A stretch of DNA of 32,628 bases. Origin: Gemmatimonadales bacterium. Its GTDB lineage: Bacteria; Gemmatimonadota; Gemmatimonadetes; Gemmatimonadales; GWC2-71-9. The position numbers and the translations under genes were made by a program. This document shows, one piece after another, positions 18,765 through 28,827 of the stretch; the first letter of the stretch is position 1; each line of letters begins with the position of its first letter. The notes beneath the pieces are model-generated. The model was not told where the DNA came from. It did not search any database and was given only the letters and a program-made list of their open reading frames with translations. The stretch is taken from assembly GCA_041613315.1 (NCBI GenBank), contig JBFJHJ010000035.1, positions 1-32,628 on the forward strand. Direction: 5' to 3'.

Positions 18765-20677
18765 GCAGCCGCTCCGTTCGGAAGGTTCGCGCGGATGGCA
18801 TCGCAGATCTCCGCCGGGCGTAACGGTTCGCCCGGCACGCGCGTCCAGCACTGGACGTCCACAAGGGTCTGGGCGCGAAGCAGCCACGCCAACTGGCCAC
18901 GGCGCCGGTTCTCGTCGGTGATGAACGGATCGTTCGGCTCGTCGCTGTAGTTGATCTCGACCGTCATCACCCGTGCAAAGCGCCGGAAGGTGTCTCGGAG
19001 GCCCGGCTCCATCGGTGACAGGAAGCGCACGTGGAGCGACGACACGGCCAGGCCGTCAGCTCGCGCGCGATCCACCGCTTCTTCGACCGCGCCCTTGGTG
19101 CTGCCCCACGCGACGACCAGCAGATCGCCAGTCTCGTCGCCATAGACCGTGGGCGGCGTCAGCGTCTGCTGAAACGCCGCGAGCTTGCGGCTGCGCATGG
19201 CGCACCCGCGCTGGTGCGCATCCGGGCTGTACGCGACGTGGCTGTCCTCGTCGTGCGCGAGGCCGGTGGCGGTGAACATCCCGCCAGCCTGTCCCGGGAG
19301 AATGCGGCGCGACAGGCCCAACCGGGGATCCCAGTCGTAGGGGCGGATGCCGTCGGGCGCGGGACTGAGGTCCAGCGGCGCGGCTTGCCAGCGCGGGTCC
19401 AGGCTGGGGCGGGGGAACGGCTGCACACCCGTGGCCAGGTTCGCGTCCGACAGGATGATGACCACGGTGCGGAACGCTTCGGCGATCCGCCGGGCGGTGA
19501 TGACGCAGTGGAAGCACTCCTCGATGGTCGCCGGCGCGAGGACGACGTGCGGCGCGTCCCCCGGCTGTCCGAAGATGGCCGCGAGGAGATCGGACTGCTC
19601 GACCTTCGTCGGGAGCCCGGTGCTCGGACCGCCCCGCTGGACGTCGATGACGACGAGCGGGATCTCGGTCATCACGGCGAGGCCGAGGAATTCGGTCTTG
19701 AGCGCGAGTCCGGGTCCTGAGGTCACGGTGAACGCCACCTGGCCGGCATAGGACGCGCCGATCGCGACACCCGCCGCGGCGATCTCGTCCTCGGCCTGGT
19801 GCACGACGCCGCCGAAGTCCTCGAAGATCTGGCCGAGATAGTGGGACACCGACGTCGCCGGCGTGATCGGATACATCGCGCACAACTCCATGCCCGCGGC
19901 GATGGCCCCCATCGCGATCGCCTGATTGCCGTTCATCACGACCATGGCCTCCTCGGGCGGCCGCGTCGGGACATCGATGCGCAGGTCGAGGTGTTCCTGG
20001 GCCCAGCGGTGTCCGAGGTCGAACAGCGCCAGATTGTTCTGCAGGATCTCCTCAGCTTTGGAGCCGAACTGCCGGGTGATCAGCTCTCTCGTCATGTGAA
20101 CGTCGCGACCGTAGATCGATGCCAGCAGGCCCAACACGAACATGTTCTTCCCGCGCCGCGGGTCTTCCACGACCGTGACGCACTGCTGCTCCATTGGGAT
20201 GCCGATGATCCGGTAGGACCGCGTGCCGAGCTCCTCCATCGCCGTGCGCCACGCCTGGCGGATCTCGGGGTCGTCGTGGCTCGCCCACAGGTCGTCGATG
20301 AGAATCACGGCGTCCGGCGCCAGCGCGTTCAGCCGATGGCGCGCCAGGAGCACCTGCTCGTTGAACGCGACGACGAGGTTGGCCGCGTCGCCCCAGTTGG
20401 TCACGGGCTGCGTACCGATGCGGATGCGATTGCCGCTGGCACTCGTGGGGGTGCGTGGCGGGGGCTGGATCTCCGCCGGGATGATCTCGACCGTCCAGAC
20501 CCCGTTCCCCATCCTGGCGGAGACGTTACCGAAGATCTGCCCACATTTCTGGGCCCCCTCCCCGGCGTCGGACACGATCTCGATCGTGTGCTCGGTCACG
20601 GTACGCACCGCGTCGGCAGCCGGCTCGGACGCCGGCGAATCGGCGGGGGCGGAGGATGGGTGCGGACGTACCGTCAT
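18761..20677 (-). CDS. korA: 2-oxoacid:ferredoxin oxidoreductase alpha subunit (gamma-alpha fusion)
   Basis: SDAGEG, PAEI, NGNQA, YPITPA, QAEDEIAA, TSGPG and QRGGPSTGLPTK motifs. GAGG upstream of ATG 20677. Confidence 0.9.
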   Translation of the reverse strand: MTVRPHPSSAPADSPASEPAADAVRTVTEHTIEIVSDAGEGAQKCGQIFGNVSARMGNGVWTVEIIPAEIQPPPRTPTSASGNRIRIGTQPVTNWGDAANLVVAFNEQVLLARHRLNALAPDAVILIDDLWASHDDPEIRQAWRTAMEELGTRSYRIIGIPMEQQCVTVVEDPRRGKNMFVLGLLASIYGRDVHMTRELITRQFGSKAEEILQNNLALFDLGHRWAQEHLDLRIDVPTRPPEEAMVVMNGNQAIAMGAIAAGMELCAMYPITPATSVSHYLGQIFEDFGGVVHQAEDEIAAAGVAIGASYAGQVAFTVTSGPGLALKTEFLGLAVMTEIPLVVIDVQRGGPSTGLPTKVEQSDLLAAIFGQPGDAPHVVLAPATIEECFHCVITARRIAEAFRTVVIILSDANLATGVQPFPRPSLDPRWQAAPLDLSPAPDGIRPYDWDPRLGLSRRILPGQAGGMFTATGLAHDEDSHVAYSPDAHQRGCAMRSRKLAAFQQTLTPPTVYGDETGDLLVVAWGSTKGAVEEAVDRARADGLAVSSLHVRFLSPMEPGLRDTFRRFARVMTVEINYSDEPNDPFITDENRRRGQLAWLLRAQTLVDVQCWTRVPGEPLRPAEICDAIRANLPNGAAA

Positions 20678-20989
20678 CGTGTGCCTCGCGGGTTCGGCGC
20701 AGACCGTCCAGCACCGTTGCCGGCTGAACGCTGCCACCGTACCGCTTTGCGACGGCGCCGTCGGCTCATCAACCGACGCGCAGCGCCACGTAAGAGGGAA
20801 ACAGCACTCGCCGCCAACGAGCACGCAGACTCGCAAGCCTGCACCCCATTATGTAGGGCGCGCGGCGCGAGGACTCACTCAAGTTTTGGTGAAGGTTTCT
20901 TCAGAGGCTAGAGGGCATGGGACACCACCCCCCCGCGGTGGCGGGTCGCTCAGGACGTCACGCTGACACTGCCGTCCTTGCCGACCCTA

Positions 20990-21163
20990 CTAGTCCTCGC
21001 GCGTCGGGATGCGCTCAGGACGTGGCGGGGCCGGCCACTCGTACCCCTCCTCCAGGTTCCGGTGGGCGAAATCCAACTCGTGCTCGAGCCGCTCTTTCTC
21101 GCGCTCGATCGCACGGTACCGGTCGGAGCGATGGACGAGGGGCAGAGGTCTCCGCTGGATCAT
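20990..21163 (-). CDS. Possible 57-aa charged small protein
   Basis: MIQRRPLPLVHRSDRYRAIEREKERLEHELDFAHRNLEEGYEW... is a protein-like charged helix filling an intergenic gap. RBS is weak. Confidence 0.45.
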   Translation of the reverse strand: MIQRRPLPLVHRSDRYRAIEREKERLEHELDFAHRNLEEGYEWPAPPRPERIPTRED

Positions 21164-21275
21164 GACACGTCCGCCTGGATCGAGTCCGTTAGCAGGATGC
21201 GTCGGGCGGCATGAAGAAATTGTGAACTCTACGTGGACGGTGCGGCGCCGCTCACGCGTCGGCGGGCGGCCCGGG

Positions 21276-22184
<909 letters not shown>

Positions 22185-22186
22185 GG

Positions 22187-22456
22187 CTACCGCCCGGTCA
22201 GCTCGCGGAACGCGGCCTTGGTGCTCTCGGCGGCGGCTTCCGCCCCGGCGCCGAAGTCGGAGCCGGCGCGCTGCGCGCGGCCGATCGCCTCGAGCGCGGC
22301 GCGTTCCATCTGCCGGCGGGTCTGCTCCACGGTTTCCTGCATCCGGTCGTGCGCCTGACGGTCGCGGACGTAGTAGCCGGCCGCACCGCCCAGGACGAAG
22401 ACCACGAGCCAGGGCAAGAGCCGAGTGAACGCGCTGCGGCGCTTCGGTGTCGTCAT
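22187..22456 (-). CDS. Hypothetical single-TM protein, 89 aa
   Basis: One TM helix followed by a helical tail. ATGA overlap with the upstream oxidoreductase. Confidence 0.75.
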   Translation of the reverse strand: MTTPKRRSAFTRLLPWLVVFVLGGAAGYYVRDRQAHDRMQETVEQTRRQMERAALEAIGRAQRAGSDFGAGAEAAAESTKAAFRELTGR

Positions 22457-23670
22457 CGGTTCGATCCTCGTCGAGCAGGGTCGTCAGGGTCGTGGCAGCG
22501 GGCGGCCTCCCGGCCGCGGGCGAGCCGCACGTCGGGGCGCCACCGGAACTTCGCGAGCCGGGGATTCGGCCGGCCCTCCACGGCATCGGCAATGAGGGGT
22601 CCCAGCACCGGCGCGAACTTGAATCCATGGCCGCTCCCCCCGGTGGCCACGGTCAACCCGTGGCACCCGGGGTCGCGGGCGATCCAGAAATCTTCGTCCT
22701 GTGTGTCGGCGTACAGACACAGCCGTGTATAGACAATGGGTGCGTCGGCGAGCGCGGGAAAGGTGTCGGCGAGAAACGCCCGCAGGCGGCGGTGCTCGTC
22801 CTGCGCCACGGCCCGCGGCGCGTCGGCATCGAGGCGGGTTCCGCGTCCGTGATTCGCCACCTTGACCACGCCGTCCCGCTGCCGCGGGAAGCCGTAGTAG
22901 CCGGTGCGCGCCACGTCCGCGGTGAACGTGGGGAAGCGCTCGGCGGCGAAGAGCGATCCATCCCGTGGCTGGAGGTGGAAGACGGGATGGCCGGTGGGCG
23001 TCACGCACACGCCGAGCTCGGGATGGAGCTTGCCCGTCCAGGCGCCCGCGGCGAGCACCACGTGGTCGCCCGCCACCACCGCGCCCCTCTCGTCCGTCAC
23101 TCCCGTTACGCGGCCGCCGTGTGTCGCGAGCGCGGCCATCCGCCGCCCCTCGAGCAGCGTCACGCCTGCCCGCCGCGCGCGCCCCGCCAGGGCCGCCACG
23201 ACTGGACCGCTCTCCGCGTAGCCGCCCTTGGCGTGAACGAAGCCGTCCACGAAGCGCCCCGTGCTCCATGCCGGGAACCGCCGGGCCAGTTCGGCGGCGT
23301 CCAGGCGCTCGGGGTGGTGGCCGCGCGTGCGGAGCAGTTGCCAGCTCTCGAACTCGAAGCCGCCCGCCGCCATTGGTTCGCGGCACACCATGACCACGCC
23401 GGTCTCGTGATACAGCGGCCCCACCCCCTCGGCGTCCCACTCGGCGTTCCACCGCAGCCACCCGTCCCGCGCCTCCTCCATCAGCGCCATGTACGCCTCG
23501 TCCGGGCCGTACTCCAACCGGATCACCTTGCTGATGTCGGTGCTGGCCGCGAGGGGATGCGGCACGGGTCCGGGATCGAGAACGCTCACGCCGTGCCCCC
23601 GCGCGCGCAGCTCGAGCGCCGCGCTCAGGCCGAAGACCCCGGCGCCCACGACCACTACGTGGTCCGTCAT
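22453..23670 (-). CDS. FAD-dependent oxidase, monomeric sarcosine oxidase / fructosyl-amino-acid oxidase family
   Basis: VVVVGAGVFG dinucleotide fold, ASTDISKVIR, CLY (covalent-FAD Cys position) and GSGHGFKFAP motifs. Confidence 0.88.
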   Translation of the reverse strand: MTDHVVVVGAGVFGLSAALELRARGHGVSVLDPGPVPHPLAASTDISKVIRLEYGPDEAYMALMEEARDGWLRWNAEWDAEGVGPLYHETGVVMVCREPMAAGGFEFESWQLLRTRGHHPERLDAAELARRFPAWSTGRFVDGFVHAKGGYAESGPVVAALAGRARRAGVTLLEGRRMAALATHGGRVTGVTDERGAVVAGDHVVLAAGAWTGKLHPELGVCVTPTGHPVFHLQPRDGSLFAAERFPTFTADVARTGYYGFPRQRDGVVKVANHGRGTRLDADAPRAVAQDEHRRLRAFLADTFPALADAPIVYTRLCLYADTQDEDFWIARDPGCHGLTVATGGSGHGFKFAPVLGPLIADAVEGRPNPRLAKFRWRPDVRLARGREAARCHDPDDPARRGSNR

Positions 23671-23833
23671 ATCGCATAGGTATACCGGGACGGCCCGCGG
23701 GCCGGCAACCGCGGGCGGCCGCTCTTGCCGCCGACCATCGCACCACCGATCTTGGGCCGGCTTTGCGCCCGGGGTGCGCCGCCGCCGGGCCCCCGCGTCG
23801 CGACTCCGCCTCGACCACGCTCGGAGGCCGACG

Positions 23834-24415
23834 ATGATGCTCCGCTCGCTCGCTCCGCTCGCTCCGCTCGCCGCCCTGGTCCTCGCCGCTGCGATCATCT
23901 GTCCACGCGGTGCCGTCGCCCAGCACCCCACGCTCGTGCGGCACGCACCGCCCGGCGAACCGACGGCGGCGCTGTTCCAGCAGGCCGGCGCGGGCGAGAA
24001 GAGCCCGGCCCTTGCCGGCATCCTCAGCTTCTTGATTCCGTTCGGCACCGGGTCGTTCTACGCGGGCCACAACCCGCATGGAGTACGTCACCTCGTGATC
24101 GGCGGCGTGACCTTCGTGGGCGCGAGCATCGGGTTCTTCGCCGCGTGCGATACCCGACTCGATATCTGTGACCAGGACGATCCGGGCTTCATCATGGGCG
24201 GCATTCTCGGCGCCGCGTACGCCGTGAACTGGATCTGGGGAACGGTCGTCGCGGTGAACGATGCGAACGCTTTCAACCGGCGGGTTCGCGGCGCGGCCCT
24301 GGACTTCCGCCCGGGCGTGGAGGTGCTGACGGCGTCGGTGTCACCGGCGCTCGCGGGGCACCCCGACGTCGCGGCCACGCGTCTCGGCTTCCGCGTGGTG
24401 CGGTTCGCGTTCTGA
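23834..24415 (+). CDS. Hypothetical membrane protein with a TM2-like segment
   Basis: GGAGG RBS, signal-peptide-like N-terminus, KSPALAGILSFLIPFGTGSFYAG and further TM segments. Confidence 0.75.
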   Translation: MMLRSLAPLAPLAALVLAAAIICPRGAVAQHPTLVRHAPPGEPTAALFQQAGAGEKSPALAGILSFLIPFGTGSFYAGHNPHGVRHLVIGGVTFVGASIGFFAACDTRLDICDQDDPGFIMGGILGAAYAVNWIWGTVVAVNDANAFNRRVRGAALDFRPGVEVLTASVSPALAGHPDVAATRLGFRVVRFAF

Positions 24416-24676
24416 CCGGGCGATCGGCGTCACACGGGCCGCGGCCGCTGGTCGGTCACGGCCCGTTTGCATTCCCGTAAGTCCCGATATCACAACCTGT
24501 TGACTGCCACGTATCGCCTGCTTGACCGCGACTTGCCCGGCACCGTGCACCGTGAGCCGTGCAGGCGGGGTGGTGGCGGAGCGCAGGAACTCCCTTTCCG
24601 GAGACCGTTTGTGAGAGGATCGAGCGCCGAGGCAGTCAGCCGATTGCTTCCCTTGGAGGCCGAGGAGGAAGGGTAC

Positions 24677-25042
24677 GTGAACGGCACAAGCCGGCGGCAC
24701 GTGGACCTGGGCTGGGCGCGCAGCTACGGCAGTCGCGCCGACCGCCTGGGACTCCGGCGAGGGGCGTGGTATCGGGTGGTGGAAGACCGGTCGCAATCCT
24801 GGGTCGTGCTGGAGGTCAACGGAATCGAGGTTCGGATTCCGCGCCAGTACCTGCAGTTCCGCGGCGAGCTCCCGCTAGCGTGGACCGTCGTGCAGCCGAC
24901 CGCGGGCGAGAAGCCCAAGTCTCCTCCTCGGCTCGTCTGTCCGGTCTGCCACATGCGTTACCTGCTGCAGGATGGGCTCACCCAGCTCTCCTGCATCCAG
25001 TGTGGCAAGGTCTACCCGGTGGACTGGAACGATCCGGGGTAG
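24677..25042 (+). CDS. Hypothetical protein with a C-terminal Zn ribbon
   Basis: GAGGAGG upstream of GTG 24677. LRRGAWYRVV, CPVC and CIQCG motifs. Paralogous to 30475..30849. Confidence 0.8.
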   Translation: MNGTSRRHVDLGWARSYGSRADRLGLRRGAWYRVVEDRSQSWVVLEVNGIEVRIPRQYLQFRGELPLAWTVVQPTAGEKPKSPPRLVCPVCHMRYLLQDGLTQLSCIQCGKVYPVDWNDPG

Positions 25043-25102
25043 CATCAGCGAGTCGCGAGCCGGCCGGGTCACCGTCCTAGCGCCCAACAGCCCGGCCGTT
25101 CT

Positions 25103-25139
25103 GCCCCAACGGCCTCCCCGGCCGTTGGGGCTTTCTATT
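25103..25139 (+). terminator. Probable intrinsic terminator
   Basis: 12-bp perfect stem GCCCCAACGGCC / GGCCGTTGGGGC with a 5-nt loop, followed by TTTCTATT. Confidence 0.7.
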
Positions 25140-25316
25140 CTGCGCGCGCGGCGCGGCGTCGCGACAGCGCGGTGACCGGAACCGGTGGTCCCCCGCTGGC
25201 ATTGAGGGCTCACGGAGTCACGAACACGTGACCGGGAGGGCGCCAACACCCGGAGGGCATGGCGGGCCCCCGCCCGGTTGCCAGCCGCTGTGCCGGCGCG
25301 AAAGGAGGTTGACACG

Positions 25317-25400
25317 ATGTGGTGCGCTAGCTGTCTGATCGCGCACGACAGGCCGTGTCTCGACGACTACCGCCGCCTCGATGTGCAGCGCGCGACCTGA
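25317..25400 (+). CDS. 27-aa Cys/His micro-ORF MWCASCLIAHDRPCLDDYRRLDVQRAT
   Basis: Perfect Shine-Dalgarno AAAGGAGGT (25301-25309), 7 nt before ATG 25317; TGA at 25398-25400. Below the ORF-track size cutoff. Confidence 0.55.
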   Translation: MWCASCLIAHDRPCLDDYRRLDVQRAT

Positions 25401-25480
25401 TCGCACCGCGCGCGACCGTGGGGGACTCAGCGGTCCGTGCGGGGTAGTACCCAGGCGTCACTGCTCCTCAGGGGGACGCG

Positions 25481-26227
25481 ATGCGCCGCCTGCCGGTGTG
25501 GACCTGTCTCACCGCCTCCCTCGCCGTCGCGTGCGGCGGCGGTCAGGATCCTTCGACGTTCACCGTCGCCCCCCGCGCCTTCCGTGCCACCGCCACGACC
25601 ATCGTCCTGACGCCGCTCCAAGTCCCCGACGACCTCGCCGTCCCCGAGAGCCTTGCCGCGATGCTGGACTCGCTCGTGCACCGCACGGTGCAGGAGGGCG
25701 GCTTCACCGTCGTGCCGGCGGCGGCATACGCCGACATTTGGGACGCCGCGGCGCGCGAAGCGGGCGGGTTCTACGATCCGTACACCGGCGAGCGCATCGA
25801 GCACCGCTTCGACCAGGCGCGCGGTCGCCTGGTCACCGAATTGACGGAGCGATTCGGGGCCGAGGCGCTGCTCTATCCCGAGCTCTGGGTGGTGGACGCT
25901 CCCTACGCCGGCGGCGTAGCCCGGTGGGACGGCGCGTCGCAGGGGCTCGTGGGGTGGGGCACCCGGCTGCTGCACGCCATCGCCTCGCTCGGGGACGACG
26001 ATGAATCACTGGGGGAGGGTGTGGTCGCGGCCCTCTCGTTCGTCGTGTTCCTGGAGGACTTGGCCGGCGCCGAGATCTACCGGCACGTCCATGGCATCGA
26101 GGTGCTGGAGAAGCTGGAGGGGGGGAGGCCCGTCCCGGTGGACACGACGGCGTTGTTTAGGGACGACGATCGGTACCGCGACGCGGTCAGGCGCGCGCTG
26201 GAGGCCCTCGTGGAGCGTCGCCCGTAG
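25481..26227 (+). CDS. Putative lipoprotein, 248 aa
   Basis: MRR + hydrophobic stretch + LAVAC lipobox-like motif. AGGGGG upstream. Confidence 0.8.
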   Translation: MRRLPVWTCLTASLAVACGGGQDPSTFTVAPRAFRATATTIVLTPLQVPDDLAVPESLAAMLDSLVHRTVQEGGFTVVPAAAYADIWDAAAREAGGFYDPYTGERIEHRFDQARGRLVTELTERFGAEALLYPELWVVDAPYAGGVARWDGASQGLVGWGTRLLHAIASLGDDDESLGEGVVAALSFVVFLEDLAGAEIYRHVHGIEVLEKLEGGRPVPVDTTALFRDDDRYRDAVRRALEALVERRP

Positions 26228-27512
26228 GGTCCAGCCACCGGCCGCCCACCGCGACCGCGGTGATCGTGCGGTCGCCCCCGCCGAACACGAGCGCGTCGAG
26301 AAGTTCCTCGGGCCCGGTGCCCGCCAGCTCGGGGGCCGCGAGATCGACCGCGGCGAAGTCCGCCCACGCGCCGGGCGCGATCTGCCCCACGTCCACGCCC
26401 AGGGCCCGCGCGCCGCCCGTGGTCGCGGCCGCGAGCAACGTCCGCGCCACGCTGCCATCCTCGTCCGCCAACACACCTCGCGCCTCGGCGCGGAGCCGCT
26501 GACCATACTCGAGCCAGCGGAGCTCCTCGACCATCGCAATCCGGGCGTTGGAGTCGGTTCCGAGGCTCAGCCGCCCGCCGGCGGCATGGACCGGCGTCAC
26601 GTCCGGCAGTCCATCGCCCAGGTTGGCCTCGGTGAGGGGGCACGTACACACCCCGCCGCCCGCCGCGAGGAAGCGCGTCAGGTCCTCGGGCGCGGCGTGC
26701 GTGCAATGCACCGCGGTGAAGCGGTCGTCGATCGGCAGCGTGTCGCACAAGAGGGCGAGCGGCCGGCGCCCGTACGCCGCGCGGCATTCCTCGATCTCGC
26801 GGCGCTGCTCTTCGACGTGCATGTGAAACACGACTCCGCGCCGCGCGGCTTCGCCGTACAGCGTGGCGATCTCGCCGGGCACGGCCGCTCGGACGCTGTG
26901 GACCACGGCCCCAAGGGTCTGAGTGGCCGGATCGAGTCGTGACGTCAGCCGATCCATCTGCTCCCAATACGCCGCCGGAGACAGGGCGTCGAACCGCACC
27001 TGCGCCCCCGCGAGGGGTTGGGCGATCCCGCCGGTGCGGTAGTAGGCATTGAGGAGCACGATGCGGATGCCGGCCGCCGCCGCCGCGTCCAGTACGACCT
27101 CGTCGAGCGCGAAGTCGGCGCGACCTGCCGCGTGGTGTACGTAGTGGAATTCGCCGACGGTCGTGATACCGGCGGTCAGCATCTCGCGGAAGGCGGCGAG
27201 CGACAGGCGGCGCAGTAGCGCCGCATCGAGCCGTTCCACCAGGCCGTACATCGCCTCGCGCCACGTCCAAAAGCTGCCGCCGCCCTCAGGGAAGCGCTCC
27301 CCGTGTCCCCGGAGCCCGCGCTGGAACGCATGCGAGTGCGCGTTGACCAGGCCGGGGAGGAGCGCCCGCCCGGCCAACCGGCGCGTCGGGGGGAGTCCCA
27401 GGCGGCCGACGCGGGCGATCCGCCCGTCCGCGCCCACCTCCACCTGCACGCCGGACTCGAACGCGCGCCCGGTCCAGGTCCAATCGGCGTCGATGACCTG
27501 TCGCGGGCTCAT
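26187..27512 (-). CDS. hutF: Formimidoylglutamate deiminase
   Basis: NAHSHAFQR, FWTWREAMY, EFHYVHH, HSVRA, HVEEQxxE, CPLTEANLGDG and GTDS motifs. Confidence 0.9.
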   Translation of the reverse strand: MSPRQVIDADWTWTGRAFESGVQVEVGADGRIARVGRLGLPPTRRLAGRALLPGLVNAHSHAFQRGLRGHGERFPEGGGSFWTWREAMYGLVERLDAALLRRLSLAAFREMLTAGITTVGEFHYVHHAAGRADFALDEVVLDAAAAAGIRIVLLNAYYRTGGIAQPLAGAQVRFDALSPAAYWEQMDRLTSRLDPATQTLGAVVHSVRAAVPGEIATLYGEAARRGVVFHMHVEEQRREIEECRAAYGRRPLALLCDTLPIDDRFTAVHCTHAAPEDLTRFLAAGGGVCTCPLTEANLGDGLPDVTPVHAAGGRLSLGTDSNARIAMVEELRWLEYGQRLRAEARGVLADEDGSVARTLLAAATTGGARALGVDVGQIAPGAWADFAAVDLAAPELAGTGPEELLDALVFGGGDRTITAVAVGGRWLDPTGDAPRGPPARA

Positions 27513-27519
27513 GGACGCC

Positions 27520-28677
27520 TCAGGCGTCGAGACACGCCCGCCGGACGACGCGGCCCAGCACATGGCCGGCGCGCGTGAAGTCGGCCTGCGGCAGGTATTC
27601 GTTTGGGCGATGGGCCACCTCGATGGACCCGGGGCCCCAGATCACGCACTCCAGTCCCGCGGTCTGGAGCCAACCGGCGTCGGTCGCGAACGAGACGCTG
27701 ACCGTGCCGGTCTGCCCGACCTCGCCGCAGAGGGTGCGGTGGATGTCCGCGCCGGCGTCCAGCAGCATCGGTGGGCTGTCGCCGATCATCTCCAGCGTGA
27801 ACGGGGTGCCCTCCAGCGCCGCCGTCAGCGTGCGGCGCACCCGGTCGATCATCGGCTCGCGCGGCATGTCCGGGAGGAGCCGGATGCCCAATTCGACGAC
27901 GCAGCGGTCGGGCACGATGTTGATCGCGACGCCGCCGGCGACCCGCGCCACATTGAGCGGGGCGAACGGCACGGCGGGGAAGTGCTCGCTGTGAGGCGAC
28001 CGCTCGCCTTCCAGCTCGCGGCGGAGCGACGCCAGCGCCACGATCGCGCGCCCGGCCGGCTCAATGGCATTCTGGCCAAGGTGCGGATAGCCACTGTGCG
28101 CGGCGCGGCCGGTGAACGCTACCCGGAGCTTGAGATAGCCTTTGTGCATCCGCACCACGGCGAGCGACGTCGGCTCACCGATCACGGCGTCTCGCGGGAG
28201 CGTCTGCGCGTCCCAGGTTTCCACGAAGTGGCGCGCGCCGAGGGTCCCCAGCTCCTCATCGTAGGTGAAGACGAGCGCCAGTGGCCGCGCTAATCGCGCG
28301 GGGTCTAGCGCGCGGGTGCGGTTCATCGCGAGGGCGAGAAAGCCCTTCATGTCGCAGGCGCCGCGACCGACGTAGCGGTCCTCGCGCGCGGTAAGCGTGA
28401 ACGGCTCGCTCTCCCAGCCGTCTTCGTCCGCCGGCACGACATCCATGTGCCCCGACAGCACGAGCCCGCGCCGCGTGGGATCGGCGTCCGCCGGCCCGAG
28501 CCGGATGACGAGATTCGCCTTGTCCCCGTCCGGTGAGAGATTCCGGGCGATTCGGACGCCCGGCCGATCGAGGTAGTCGGCGATGAAGTCGGCGATGGGG
28601 AGATTGCTGTTCCGGCTGGTGGAGTCGTACCCCACGAGGCGGCGGAGCAGCTCGGCGTCGCTCAGGAGGGCGGTCAC
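27520..28677 (-). CDS. argE: Acetylornithine deacetylase-like M20A peptidase
   Basis: LSGHMDVVP, GRGACDMKGF, DEELG, IGEPT, AHSG and GPGSIEVAHRPNE motifs. Confidence 0.88.
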   Translation of the reverse strand: MTALLSDAELLRRLVGYDSTSRNSNLPIADFIADYLDRPGVRIARNLSPDGDKANLVIRLGPADADPTRRGLVLSGHMDVVPADEDGWESEPFTLTAREDRYVGRGACDMKGFLALAMNRTRALDPARLARPLALVFTYDEELGTLGARHFVETWDAQTLPRDAVIGEPTSLAVVRMHKGYLKLRVAFTGRAAHSGYPHLGQNAIEPAGRAIVALASLRRELEGERSPHSEHFPAVPFAPLNVARVAGGVAINIVPDRCVVELGIRLLPDMPREPMIDRVRRTLTAALEGTPFTLEMIGDSPPMLLDAGADIHRTLCGEVGQTGTVSVSFATDAGWLQTAGLECVIWGPGSIEVAHRPNEYLPQADFTRAGHVLGRVVRRACLDA

Positions 28678-28827
28678 GGCGCTAACGATGGGCGGTCACG
28701 AAGAGCGTGGCAAGAGATGGCGCGAGGGGCGGGCACCGGCGGAGCGGTGGCGTGGGGGGTGACTTGACGGCCGGCGGCGGCGGCGCTCAGTTCGAGCTCC
28801 GTCCGTGGTGCCGCCGGAGGCCAGACG

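Noticed and set aside
10902..20677. Calling the locus a reverse-TCA carbon-fixation cluster
   Set aside because: No citrate-cleaving enzyme or fumarate reductase is in the window, and OFORs plus Rnf fit oxidative catabolism equally well.
23840..23870. Short tandem repeat (CTCCGCTCG)n
   Set aside because: It only encodes LAPLAPLA in a signal-like peptide. It has no spacers, so it is not a CRISPR array.
24570..24650. Glycine-riboswitch-like fragments (GGAGA...GCGCCGAGG) upstream of the Zn-ribbon gene
   Set aside because: The CTCAGG element and full stem architecture are missing.
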